Source: Heptranchias perlo
Taxonomy: Eukaryota
Length of the DNA: 64,000 bases
Assembly (NCBI RefSeq): GCF_035084215.1
Contig: NW_027139268.1
Location: forward strand, 124,001-188,000
Reading direction: 5' to 3'
Position numbers and translations under genes: made by a program. A model generated the notes under the pieces. The model was not told the DNA's origin. It saw nothing but the letters and a program-made list of their open reading frames with translations, and searched no databases. Positions 11,969 to 22,899 of this stretch are shown here, in pieces. The stretch's first letter is position 1; every line of letters starts with the position of its first letter.

Positions 11969-13504
11969 GAATGCAACGATAACCCCAAGTTTCCCTTCTC
12001 CACTACAAACCATCTTCTTAAACCCCTCTCCCCTTCCTCCTCCACCCTCAACTCCAACAACAAGTGCGAGGAGCTCACGGACTTCTTTCTCACTAAGATT
12101 GAGACCATTCGTTCAGGTGCCTCTGCCGTTTCCTTCCCTTCCCCCAGCCCACCGAGCCAAACTTCCCCTTCAGTTCCCCCCAGCCCCAGCCCTGAACTCA
12201 CATCTTTCTCTCGTTTCTATCTCCCCTTATGCCCTCTCCGAGCTCATCTTGACCATGAGACCCACCTCCTGCTCCCTCGACCCGATTCCCACCAAACTGC
12301 AGACCACCCAACTTCCCTTCCTGGCCCCCATGTTAGCTGATATTGTTAACGGTTCCATCTCCTCAGGTACTGACCCCCTCCCCTTCAAATCTGTCATCAT
12401 CACTCACTCCTCAAAAAACCCACCCTTGACCCCTCTGTCCTTACAAACTCCCGCCCCATCTCCACCCTCCCTTTCCTCTCCAAAGTCCTTGAATATGTGG
12501 TTGCCTCCCAAATCCGTGCCCATGTATGCTGATGACACCCAGTGCAGTGCATCCTGTGGATGGTACACACGACCTCATCGTCAACTCTTTCGACCCCTCC
12601 ACTGTCTCGGAATTGTCACACTGCTTGTCCGACAACTGTTACTGGGTGAGCAAAAATTTCCTCCAAATAAATACTGGGAAGACCGAAGCCATTGTCTTCA
12701 GTCCCCACCACAAACTCCGTTCCCTAGTTACCGACTCCATCCCACTCCCTGGCCACTGTCTGAGGCTGAACCAGACCGTTTGCAACCTTGACGTCCTATT
12801 TGACCCTGAGATGAGCTTCCGACCACATATCCGCTCCATCACCAAGACCGCCGACTTCCCCCTCCGTAACATCGCCCGTCTCCACCCCTCCCTCAGCTCA
12901 TCTGCTGCTGAAATCCTCATCCGTGCCTTTGTTACCTCCAGATTTGACTGCTCCAATGCTCTACTGGCCGGTCTCCCATCTTCCACCCTCCATAAACTTG
13001 AGCTCATCCAAAACTCTGCTGCCCGTATCCTAACTCGCACCAAGTCCCGTTCACCCATCACCCCCTGTTCTCGCTGACCTACACTGGCTCCCAGTCCGGG
13101 AACACCTTGATTTTAAAATTCTCATTTTGTTTTCATATCCCTCCATGGCCCTCGCCCCTCCCTATCTCTGTAACCTCCTCCTGCCCCTACAGCTCTCCGA
13201 GATCTCTGCGCCCCTCCAATTCTGGCCTCTTGCGCATCCCCGATTTTAATCGCTCCACCATTGGCGGCCGTGCCTTCAGCTGCCTCGGCCCTAAGCTCTG
13301 GAATTCCCTCCCTAAACCTCTCCACCTCTCTCTCCTCCTTTAAGACGCTCCTTAAAACCTACCTCTTTGACCAAGCTTTTGGTCACCAGCCCTAATATCT
13401 CCTTATGTGGCTCACTGTCAAATTTTGTTTGATAACATTCCTGTGAAGCACCTTGGGACGTTTTACTACATTAAAGGTGCTATATAAATGAAAGTTGTTG
13501 TTGT
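11969..13504 (+). mobile_element. L2-type LINE RT fragment with internal deletion
   Basis: LDPIPT, MYADDTQ, NTGKTEAIVF, SRFDCSNALLAGLP and LELIQNSAARILT, with 3' tail TATATAAATGAAAGTTGTTGTTGT. Confidence 0.9.
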
Positions 13505-14035
13505 AGATGGTGTTGAGCTTTTTGAGTGTTGTTGGAGTTGCACTCATCCAGGCAAATGGAGAGTATTCCATCACACTCCTGACTTGTGCCTTGTAGATGG
13601 TGAAGAGGCTTTGGGGAGTCAGGAGGTGAGTCACTCGCCGCAGAATACCCAGCCTCTGACCTGCTCTTGTAGCCATGATATTTACGTGGCTGGTCTGGTT
13701 CAGTTTCTGGTCAATGGTGACCCCCAGGATGTTGATGGTGGGGGATTCGGCGATGGTAATGCCATTGAATGTCAAGGGGAGGTGGTTAGACTCTCTCTTG
13801 TTGGAGATGGTCATTGCCTGGCACCTGTCTGGTGCAAATGTTACTTGCCACTTATCAGCCCAAGCCTGGATGTTGTCCAGGTCTTGCTGCATGCGGGCTC
13901 GGACTGCTTCATTATCTGAGGGGTTGCGAATGGAACTGAACACCGTGCAATCATCAGCGAACATCCCCATTTCTGACCTTATGATGGAGGGAAGGTCATT
14001 GATGAAGCAGCTGAAGATGGCTGGGCCTAGGACAC
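13505..14035 (-). mobile_element. CR1/L2-group LINE RT fragment
   Basis: GMFADDCTVF...WADKWQVTF...YKAQVRSVMEY. Confidence 0.9.
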
Positions 14036-14230
14036 TAAGGACATTCGTGAAACCAGTGGGATTTTACAATCCAACAGCTTCCTGGTCACTTTTACAGACA
14101 CCAGATTTTTATTCCCGATTTATTTGATTTTTTAAAACTTAATTCAAATTCACAAACTACCCCAGTGGGATTTGAACTCACCTTCTCTGGATCACTAGTC
14201 CAGTAGCATAACCACCACACTACTGTACCC
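14036..14230 (-). mobile_element. tRNA-derived SINE (5' part)
   Basis: On the minus strand GGGTACAGTAGTGTGGTGG (A box) and GAGTTCAAATCCC (B box) are followed by a non-tRNA body. Confidence 0.7.
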
Positions 14231-14234
14231 CGTT

Positions 14235-15440
14235 GTGTTACGATTGAGGGACTGTTGGTGTATTGGGGATCGGACGGATGGTTCACATGAAGCACTTTTG
14301 GACGAGCAACTCTCTAAGTGCCCTGGCAGCTCAGGGCACTGGTGGTCAACACTGCTTCTGGTTTTCATGGTCCTCCTCCTCCCTCCTCCTCCCCCCTCCT
14401 CTTCCTCCTCCCCCTCCTCCTCCTCCTCACGGTGCCCACATGGTGATAAGGGCTGGTCCCTCATGATGGCGAAGATGTGGAAAATGCAGCAGACGACCAC
14501 AAATCTGGATACCCGCTCAGGGGTTTACTGTAAAGCTCCCCTGGAACGGACCAGGCAGTGGAAACGTAGCCTGGCCACACTCACTCTCTGCTCAATGGTG
14601 TTTCTCGGGACAGCATGGGCCTCGCTGTAGGCCTGCTCTGCGCGGGTTCCTGACTGGAGCCATGAGCCATGTCCGGAGGGGATAGCCCTTGCCACCCAAT
14701 GGCCAGCCTGTGACCTGACGACCTGGTTGGAATAAAGGTGGCACAGAATAAAGGTGGCGCAGGAATGGAACTGCTGCCAGGATAGCGGGCACAGACCTGC
14801 AAGAGGCAATGCCTGTGATCGCAAAGCAGCTGTACGTTGAGGGAGTGGAATCCTTTTCTACTGAGGAATATTCCAGGGTTCTGATGGGGAGCATGCAAGG
14901 CCATGTGGGTGCAGTCAATGGCACCTTGCACCATGAGGAAGCCTGCTTTGTGGGCGAAACATTGTGCTCTCTCTCCCCCTGCTTCTGTGTGTCCATAGGG
15001 AAGGAGATTTAAGTGTTTCTCCTGGTGTAGAGCCTCGGTCACCTCCCTGATATAACGGTTGACTGCAAACCGGGAGATGTCTCTGATGTTGCCTGTTGCA
15101 GACTGAAAGAAGCCCGTGGAACGAAGGTTAAAGGCCATGGTGACCTTGACAGCCACGGGCGGTGCTGTCCATGCCCTGGTTTGAGGCTGGAGTTGGGTCT
15201 GCAGCAGGTGACGTAGCTCAGTGACAGCCTCCTTGGCCACCTCATGCATTGCTCCTCAGTGAAGTTGAGGTAGGAGAAGAGCTTCCTGATACCTGCTGTG
15301 GATATGGCCTCCTGCATAGTCCTCCCTCTTCTCCCAGCCACTCCTGCTCTCTGCTGTCTTCTTGGTTGCCCCCTCTCCTCCTCAGCCCAAAAGGCAGTCC
15401 TAAGGAGACCACCCGTGACAGCAGAGAACGGATTTGAAGG
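14235..15440 (-). pseudogene. Harbinger (HARBI1-like DDE) transposase pseudogene
   Basis: Motifs across frames: GAIDCTH, RKGFHSLNVQLLCD, ARYPGS, LGGKGYPL..WLMAPVRNP, RNTIEQ..RLRFHCL, VVCCIFH, followed by an acidic tail. Frameshifts and stops present. Confidence 0.92.
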
Positions 15441-15846
15441 CGGCTAAAGCTTGTTTTCAGAAGTCAGAATGAAAATGCCCAGAAGTTAACCAGCAGCCTG
15501 ATATGAGAGACCAGCTACTAACCTATTAAGTACTACATGGTCCCTTTAAATAGCACTGGTGAAGGCTCCTATTAGCGCCATGAGTTAAATGGTGAGTCAA
15601 GCATTGAGGCAGCCCAATTCAATATGGCGGTTGGTGCACTTCCGGTGCGGAATTAGCGTGTGTTCCCCGCCCGCCGTATTGGACACTAAGGCACCCGTTT
15701 CGCGCCTGTATAACGAGTGCGGCCAGGCTGGCCCACATACTGTACACCCCAGAGTCACAGGGTGCAGTATAACTATGGCTGGGTACCTGTCTGGCACCCA
15801 TTAAACAGATCAGTCAGTGGGAGAGTCCTGATATCGCTGATCTTAC

Positions 15847-16107
15847 CGGCTGTCTGGTTGGTCCCCTTCATTATTGTGTTCAGATTCTCCTTTGCCATGG
15901 CGCAGTGCTTATTCCCTTGATGTGTGAGATATTCCCAGTATTCTGCATCAAACGATTCTGTCATCCACTGTTGCCGGGAGACTGTCCGGCGGGTGTCACT
16001 GTCGTAATAGGTCACTGGAACACCATTGATCATCACCACACCGAAATATTCAGGGAGATCAGCCATGCCAGAGATGGTCACATACACTGCAGTAAAGGAA
16101 CTACTGC
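15847..16107 (-). CDS. MHC class I-like heavy chain, exon 2 (alpha1 domain, 87 aa)
   Basis: Acceptor tttaatcacag|GC and donor G|GTAAGA; 261 nt. Translation SSSFTAVYVTISGMADLPEYFGVVMINGVPVTYYDSDTRRTVSRQQWM...DAEYWE...NQTA has the YYDS, W51-like, Y59/W60 and N86 glycosylation (NQT) hallmarks of class I alpha1. Confidence 0.95.
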
Positions 16108-17084
16108 CTGTGATTAAAGGGACAGGTTAATAAATATTTACAAACGGTACCACCTGATCAAACTGAAGCCCATCCAGATAGTGACAATCTCCAATAATCC
16201 CCCACGTTATATCAATGACAGGGAATTGTGAAATAAAGGCAGTTAGTGTAATCACACCAGGGAACATCGAGCATATCTCAAAAAGCAACTGCAATCAGTA
16301 CTGAAGAAGATGAATCTTCATCCAAGACAACAGCCGGGCAGGCAGCAGAAAGTTCCTTTATGGAAAAGAAAATCTTTCTGGAAGCTGCTTATTCATGATA
16401 TATAATTTCTTGAGGGTCAAACATTAAACAAACGCCTGCAACTGGGACTCTCAGAAACCAACAGCTCATTTTAAGTTTTGTGGGCAATGAACAACGGGAA
16501 AAATTATTGTCTGAGTGTCTCCAATCCCCAGCAAAAAAGCAGATTTCTTCGTAAAACGCTGACAATCGAACAAATGGAATGAAACGCTGACTGTCAGTTA
16601 AAGAGCTAATGGTTAGCAGGTCGGGGTAGGTAGTCGGAACAGGGGAATAAATGTCGGACAATGGCCTATTGAGCCTCCACTGAGATTTCTTGTTGCCATG
16701 TTAGCTGTAACTCTAATCCCAATTCTCTCTCCTTTCTCCATATTCCGTAATGCCATTATTTCCCATGTAAACATCCCTCTCCTTGTTACACACCCAGTGG
16801 ATGTTGTTAGGACAGCAAGTCCCACATTGTCACACTGTTTGTGAGCAGCAAATGTTCTTATGTTCACTTTTACTCTGCTCAGCTCAAATGATGTCCTCTG
16901 TTNNNNNNNNNNNNNNNNNNNNNNNNNNNNNNNNNNNNNNNNNNNNNNNNNNNNNNNNNNNNNNNNNNNNNNNNNNNNNNNNNNNNNNNNNNNNNNNNNN
17001 NNNNNNNNNNNNNNNNNNNNNNNNNNNNNNNNNNNNNNNNNNNNNNNNNNNNNNNNNNNNNNNNNNNNNNNNNNNNNNNNNTAG

Positions 17085-17222
17085 AATGAGACAGAGAGAG
17101 AGAGAGAGACAGAGGGAGAGAGAGAGATTGAGGTAGAGAGAGAGAGATAAAAAGAGACAGAGACAGAGAGACAGACAGAGAGGGAGAGACAGACAGGAGT
17201 AGAGAAAGAGACACAGAGAGAG
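17085..17222. repeat. (GA)n/(GACA) microsatellite bordering an assembly gap
   Basis: Direct reading; N run at 16903-17081. Confidence 0.9.
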
Positions 17223-17292
17223 TGTGAGCTCTCCCCTGTGAGTGCAATATACCGACACACATTCCCCACAGTCACAGACAGTCCCACTCCCA

Positions 17293-17345
17293 GGAAAATC
17301 CCAGGGAATTTGCTGCCCAGACCCTGAGCTGGAGAAGTGAAAGTG
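17293..17345. promoter_or_regulatory. Intron-1 kB site (GGGATTTTCC, 17293-17302) and IRF/PRDM1-like AAGTGAAAGTG (17335-17345)
   Basis: Motif matches within 100 bp of the leader donor; motif-only evidence. Confidence 0.35.
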
Positions 17346-17389
17346 GCAGAGAAAGAGAGTGAGATTGGAAGGATGAATTCTGTACTTAC

Positions 17390-17441
17390 TGGGAGAGACC
17401 CGGGAAAAACACAGGGATATGGAGAAAAGGATCAGCAGCAT
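17390..17441 (-). CDS. MHC class I-like heavy chain, exon 1 (signal peptide MLLILFSISLCFSRVSP)
   Basis: ATG at 17441, 17 hydrophobic codons plus 1 nt, then donor A|GTAAGT at 17389. Phase 1 matches the alpha1 acceptor. An N-gap (16903-17081) lies in the intervening intron. Confidence 0.8.
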
Positions 17442-17464
17442 TCTGGGAATCCACGGCCTCTATT

Positions 17465-17472
17465 CCAATCAG
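17465..17472 (-). promoter_or_regulatory. Y-box / inverted CCAAT (CTGATTGG)
   Basis: Exact MHC Y-box core about 24 bp upstream of the leader ATG. This is closer than usual, so function is uncertain. Confidence 0.4.
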
Positions 17473-17712
17473 TGACTGGGAATAAAATACTCAGAGAGGG
17501 ACAGATCTACCAGAGACTCATTTACAGTAACGAATGGCCCACTTTCATATTGAGCTGGAATTTTCTTATCAATAAACTTTTACCCGGATATAGAATCAAA
17601 GAACAAATGTGACTGGTTAAATTCAGAAAAAAATATCCAATAAACTATACGAGGGTTCAGAATCACTGGTTGCCAGGGAGACTGAACTGGGACAGTTTGC
17701 GAATCAGGATAT

Positions 17713-17723
17713 GAAAGTGAAAC
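17713..17723 (-). promoter_or_regulatory. ISRE / IRF element (GTTTCACTTTC)
   Basis: GAAAGTGAAAC on + matches the GAAANNGAAA consensus, about 270 bp upstream of the ATG, as expected for class I promoters. Confidence 0.6.
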
Positions 17724-17974
17724 GAACCAGTAGCTGAAGCGATTAAATGTTTGTTAATTGCCCGCCTCGAAAACTCAAACAGCTGGGAAATAGCTCGAAA
17801 CAAAGCTGACAATTCGAATGATAATCAAAAACAGGCCTGAATCTAGGCCTCTGACCAAAGCCATTCCTTTCCAGTGAGTGAATAAGTTACATTATCCCAT
17901 GGCCTCCATAGACAGACAACTCGTGCCTTCTGAAAACACGTATTTACTGGGTCACTATCTACACTGCTGCTTTG

Positions 17975-18035
17975 GAGATTGGAAGGATGAATTCTGTACT
18001 TACCAGGAGAGACCCGGGAAAAACACAGGGATATG
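17975..18035 (-). repeat. Partial duplicate of leader exon 3' half plus splice donor
   Basis: 59/61 nt identical to 17361-17421. Donor G|GTAAGT at 18003. No in-frame ATG before the upstream TGA at 18115-18113. Confidence 0.9.
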
Positions 18036-18639
18036 TGTTGGAGAAGGAAGAAAACGTCAAGACCAGAAAGGCTGCAGGGGGATACCAATTGGTGAAGGTT
18101 TACCCTGGTGGGTCATTCCGAGGGGAATGCTCCTCCAGAAAACTTCAAAATACTGCATTGTGGTTCATTTAAACGACTTTGATTCATAGATTTTTAAATC
18201 TAAAATAAACGAGAAAACCAATCGACATTTGGGCCTTGATTTTAACCCTCCCAATGGGCAGGATAGGGTCGGGCGAGGGGGTCAAATGTTGAAAACCCGC
18301 CATGTTCTAGGCCGCTGCGATATTAATGGCGGTGATTATCGGGGCCGATGAGTCTCCCACTGTGGGGAGGTGGGAAGCTCATCAACATGTTTAAATCGGG
18401 GACCTCCGAGGAAATCAGGACCCCGACTTGACTCTAACTCCCACGGCACGGGCTTCCCGCGGGTCAGCAAGGTCGCCAGGGGAACGGTGGTGGGATTGGG
18501 CACAGGTTTATCAATGTGCTTAACGTTAAGGAGGCCCTGAATAAAGTTGGTGCACTCACAGGAGTTTCCTCTGTCCATTGCGGGCTATGGATTGGTGAGA
18601 GTAGATTGTTTGTGACTGTGACCTTGAGACTCTACACTT

Positions 18640-20400
18640 GGAAAAGGAGAAGGAGATGATGGAGCTGCTCTAACTGTACTCCATTGGACTGAAGAGGAGG
18701 AGGAGGAAGAGGAGCAGCAGCAGCAAGGGAGTGCTGAGGAGGGAGCTGTAGGTGGACAGCAGAGGCGACAGCAACAGAGGGGCCCGGGCTCGCAGGACCA
18801 GGGTGTACAGACAGAGGGGCCTGGGCTCCCAGGACCAGGGTATACAGACAGAGGGGCCTGGGCTCGCAGGACCAGGGTGTACAGACAGAGGGGCCTGGGC
18901 TCACAGGACCAGGGTGTACAGACAGAGGAGCCTGGGCTCCCAGGACCAGGGTGTACAGACAGAGGGGCCTGGGCTCCCAGGACCAGGGTGTACAGGCAGA
19001 GGGGCCTGGGCTCGCAGGACCAGGGTGTACAGACAGAGGAGCCTGGGTTCCCAGGACCAGGGTGTACAGACAGAGGGGCCTGGGCTCCCAGGACCAGGGT
19101 GTACAGGCAGAGGGGCCTGGGCTCGCAGGACCAGGGTGTACAGACAGAGGAGCCTGGGCTCCCAGGACCAGGGTGTACAGACAGAGGGGCCTGGGCTCCC
19201 AGGACCAGGGTGTACAGGCAGAGGAACCTGGGCTCCCAGGACCAGGGTGTACAGGCAGAGGAGCCTGGGCTCCCAGGACCAGGGTGTACAGGCAGAGGGG
19301 CCTGGGCTCGCAGGACCAGGGTGTACAGGCAGAGGGGCCTGGACTAGCAGAAGACCCTGTCCACCTGACAGGATGTACAGGCAGAGGGACCTGTACTCGG
19401 AAGGTGCCCTACCCCCCTAACAGGATGTACAGGCAGAGGCTCAGCTTCCTTGATCTCCCGGAGGACCAATACCACAGCAGGTGGTCGCTGACCTCTGCTG
19501 CCCGCTCGAGGATGACCTGCTATCTGCTGGACCTGATGCTTCGGTCACCTGCATCGATACATTACTTACCCGGGCAAGTAGAAACATCAACTCCGCAGGT
19601 GATGACAACGGTCAGACTGAGCGAGCATTGGGGTTCACATCTCTGGCAGGCTTCCCACGGGTTCAGACTGCACACACCTGACTATCAGAGCACCTCCTGA
19701 CCAGCCAGGAGCATTTGTCAACTGCAAGGGTTTCCACTCTGTCATTGTTCAGCTCGTCTGCCATCATAAGGAAAGGTTCCTGCAGGTCTGTGAACGATTC
19801 CCAGGGAGCAGTCATGATGCATTCATCTTATGGCAGTCGAATATCTGCACCACATTTCGCCCTGGGACTAATCTCAAAGGATGCTGCTTGGGGAAAGGGA
19901 TACCCCCTCCTGCCCTGGTTCAGGACGCCTCTCAGGAACCCCACCACACAGGAGAGGTATAAACAGCGGGCCCTTGACCACGGGGTGCGTCATCGAACAG
20001 GCCATTGGAATAATCAAGTTGAGGTTCAGATTTGACAGGTTTGGAAACTCTCCGCAGTATTCGCCAGTCAGGGTCTCAGGGATCATTGTCACATGCTGCG
20101 TCCTGCACAACATCACCCAGCAAAGAGGACTGGAGCTGCAGGAGGAAGAAGGCACTGAGGAATTGAACTGACATAACAAAGCTAAAACTAAAGCAACCTA
20201 GATTAATAATGGTGTCAATTAACCTGGCACAGGCACGAAGGGCTGAATGGCCTCCTTCAGTGGTGTTTCACTCTATGACTCCTCATCTGATGAAGAAGAC
20301 GGTGAGGATAAGACGAGGAGTACAACGCATGGCCAGCAGATTATCGTGATGCTCGTGATGTAAGGGAGGTTCTGACAGCTCGTCGATTCAGATAAACCGA
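18640..20400 (+). pseudogene. Harbinger transposase pseudogene
   Basis: PYPPNRMYRQRLSFLDL, AGFPRVQ, NCKGFHS, FPGSSHDAFIL, KGYPLLPWFRTPLRNP, VIEQAIGIIKLRFR and IIVTCCVLHN. Confidence 0.9.
18779..19342. repeat. 37-bp minisatellite (about 15 copies) within the transposase 5' region
   Basis: Unit GGGGCCTGGGCTCSCAGGACCAGGGTGTACAGRCAGA. Confidence 0.97.
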
Positions 20401-20674
20401 GGCCAATGGGACTATTCTCACACAACCATAACCCCCTCGCACAAACAGTCCTGGAACCCGTAATCCATGGGTTCCACATCCCCCAGCCTGTGACCGTCAA
20501 GACAGATCTCCACCTTCCTCACCTCTGAAATGAAGACCATCATTCAATCCCACGGGAATGGTTTGAGATTTAATGGGCTCCAAAAATGAAATCATAACAT
20601 TCACAATAATGAGCTGCCCATGTGTTTACCCTCAGTGATCTATCTGGTCTTTCCCTTTCTATCACTGCCACTTC

Positions 20675-21580
20675 TCAGAAATGCGGTAAATAGTGATGAG
20701 GACAGTAACAGACTTCAGGAGGACAGAGACAGACTGGTGAAATGGGCAGACACAGGGCAGATAAAATTTAACACAGAGAAGTGTGAAGTGATACATTTTC
20801 GTAGGAAGAATGAGGAGAGGCGATAGAAACTAAATGGTACAATATTAAAGGGGGTACAGGAACAGAGAGACCTGGGGGTATATGTGCACAAATCATTGAA
20901 GGTGACAGAACAAGTCGATCAGGCTGTTAAAAAGGCATACGAGATCCTTGGCTTTATTAATAGAGGCATAAAGTACAAAAGCAAGGAAGTTATGCTAAAC
21001 CTTTATAAAACACTGGTTAGGCCTCAGCTGGAGTATTGTGTCCAATTCTGGGCACCGCACTTTAGGAAGGATGTCAAGGCCTCAGAGAGGGTGCAGAGGA
21101 GATTTACTAGAATGGTTCCAGGGATGAGGGACGTCAGTTATGTGGAGAGACTGGAGAAGCTGGGATTGATCTCCTTAGAACAGGGAAGGTTAAGGAGAGA
21201 TTTGATCGAGGTGTTCAAAATCATGAAGGGTTTTGACAGAGTAAATAAGGAGAAACTGTTTCCAGTGGCAGAAGGGTCGGTAACCAGAGGACACAGATTT
21301 AAGGTGATCGGCAAAAGGGCCAGAGAAGAAATGAGGAATTTTTTTTTACACAGCGAGTTGTGATGATCTGGAATTCACTGCCTGAAAGGGCGGTGGAAGC
21401 AGATTCAATAATAACTTTCAAAAGGGAATTAGGTAAATACTTGAAAAGGAAAAAATTTACAGGGCTGTGTGGAAAGAGGAGAGTGTGACTAATCAGATTG
21501 CTCTTTCAAAGAGCTGGCACAGGCACGAAGGGCCGAATGGCCTCCATCTGTCCTGTACCATTCGATGATTCTACGATTCT
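20675..21580 (+). mobile_element. CR1 LINE 3' fragment
   Basis: LQEDRDRLVKWAD...LYKTLVRPQLEYCVQFWAPH...TRGHRFKV, with tail GATTCTACGATTCTA. Confidence 0.95.
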
Positions 21581-22423
21581 ACGTGATGCTATCCCAGTGT
21601 CTTCAGCTGAGATGGTGACAGGCCGCTGTGTACTTTCCTCGGTCTCCTGAGGTGTTCCCGGCTGACGACCTCTGGGTACTGGAGTCCGTGAGGGTCCTGC
21701 CACTGACTGCTCCTCCTGCACCTGTAAAGGGGCAGCCTGGGCCTGCTGGAGTGGGGGAACCATGTCGGGTGCTGGCTGAGGGGGTGGTAATGGGGTGAGA
21801 TGTGCAGGTGTTCTGAGAAAGGTCTGCACTTGCCTCGCCCGTTCCTCCATCCCCCCCCCCCCCGCCTGGGGCAATGGGCCATCAGTCCTACCTGTCTGTG
21901 GGAGAGCAGACTGGAGGAGATCTGTGATGCCTTGGGAGCCCCGATCTAGTCTGGCCACCAACTTGTCGAATCCAGAGCAGACGTTCACGCCCAGAGTCTG
22001 CACAGTCGCCATGTAGGCGACTTCTTACAATTTCCGTGGAGGTGGCCTTACGGTCCGTGATTCACCATAGAGTGGGGATACCCTGCGTCATCACCCCCAC
22101 ATATGGTGGGATTAAACTCCTCCATCCTCTCTGCCATTGTGGACAGTGTGCCTGGCAGGATTGCTAATACCTCAGTGCCTCCAGCATTCTCCTTTTCATT
22201 GCTGGCCCCCCGGGGGTTCTGTATCTCTGTCCTGTTGAGCAGAGCTTGGAGAGGACGGTGCCCTCCGGAGTGGACTCTCCTCGGCTGTCCCTGCCACCAC
22301 TCTCTGCCCCTGCTCACTTGTGCCGTGAGTCACCGGGTGCCAGCCCATCTCCCTGACTAAGAGGCCCAACTGATGTGCTGGTATCTGCAACCAGTCACCG
22401 CATCACAGGAAAGACATGATCGC

Positions 22424-22899
22424 ACTAGAGAGGGTACAGAGGAGATTTACAAGGATGTTGCCAGGACTGGAGAATTTTACTATGAGAAAGGATTGGATAG
22501 GCTGGGGTTGTTCTCTTTGGAATAGAGCAGGCTGAGGGGTGATTTAATTGAGGTGTATAAAATTATGAGGGGCCTAGATAGAATGGATAGGAAGGACCTA
22601 TTTCCCTTAGCAGAGGGGTCAGTGACCAGGGCCATAGATTTAAAGTGATTGGTAGAAGGATTAGAGGGGAGCTGAGGAGAAATGTTTTCACCCAGAGGGT
22701 GGTGGGGGTCTGGAACTCACTGCCTGAAAGGGTGGGAGAGGCAGAAACCCTCAACTCATTTTAAAAGTACCTGGATAGGCACAAGGCCACGGACCAAGTG
22801 CTGGAAAGTGGAATTGGGCTGGGTGGCTCTTTCTCGGCCGGCACGGACATGATGGGCCGAATGGCCTCCTTCTGTGCCGTAACTTTCTATGATTCTATG
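22424..22899 (+). mobile_element. CR1 LINE 3' fragment nested in the Myb-like gene
   Basis: LERVQRRFTRMLPGL...GDLIEVYKIM, with tail TTCTATGATTCTATG. Confidence 0.9.

Larger units (their letters stand above)
9228..15775. mobile_element. Decayed Harbinger/PIF transposon #1 in MHC intron 2, with nested LINE/SINE insertions
   Basis: Myb/SANT-like gene on + and HARBI1-like transposase on -, convergent. Ends are approximate. Confidence 0.8.

Noticed and set aside
14160-14230. Possible tRNA gene
   Set aside because: A and B boxes are present, but no convincing cloverleaf or terminator, and the sequence continues into a SINE body.
14235-15440. Host HARBI1 gene
   Set aside because: Multiple frameshifts and stops, and paired with a Myb-like gene as in transposons. 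A second decayed copy occurs in the same window.
5666-17441. Classical MHC class Ia (UAA) or class II assignment
   Set aside because: The alpha1-alpha2-alpha3-TM architecture is class I, but Y7, R/Y84, Y159, W167, Y171 and the alpha2 disulfide are missing, so no gene symbol was assigned.
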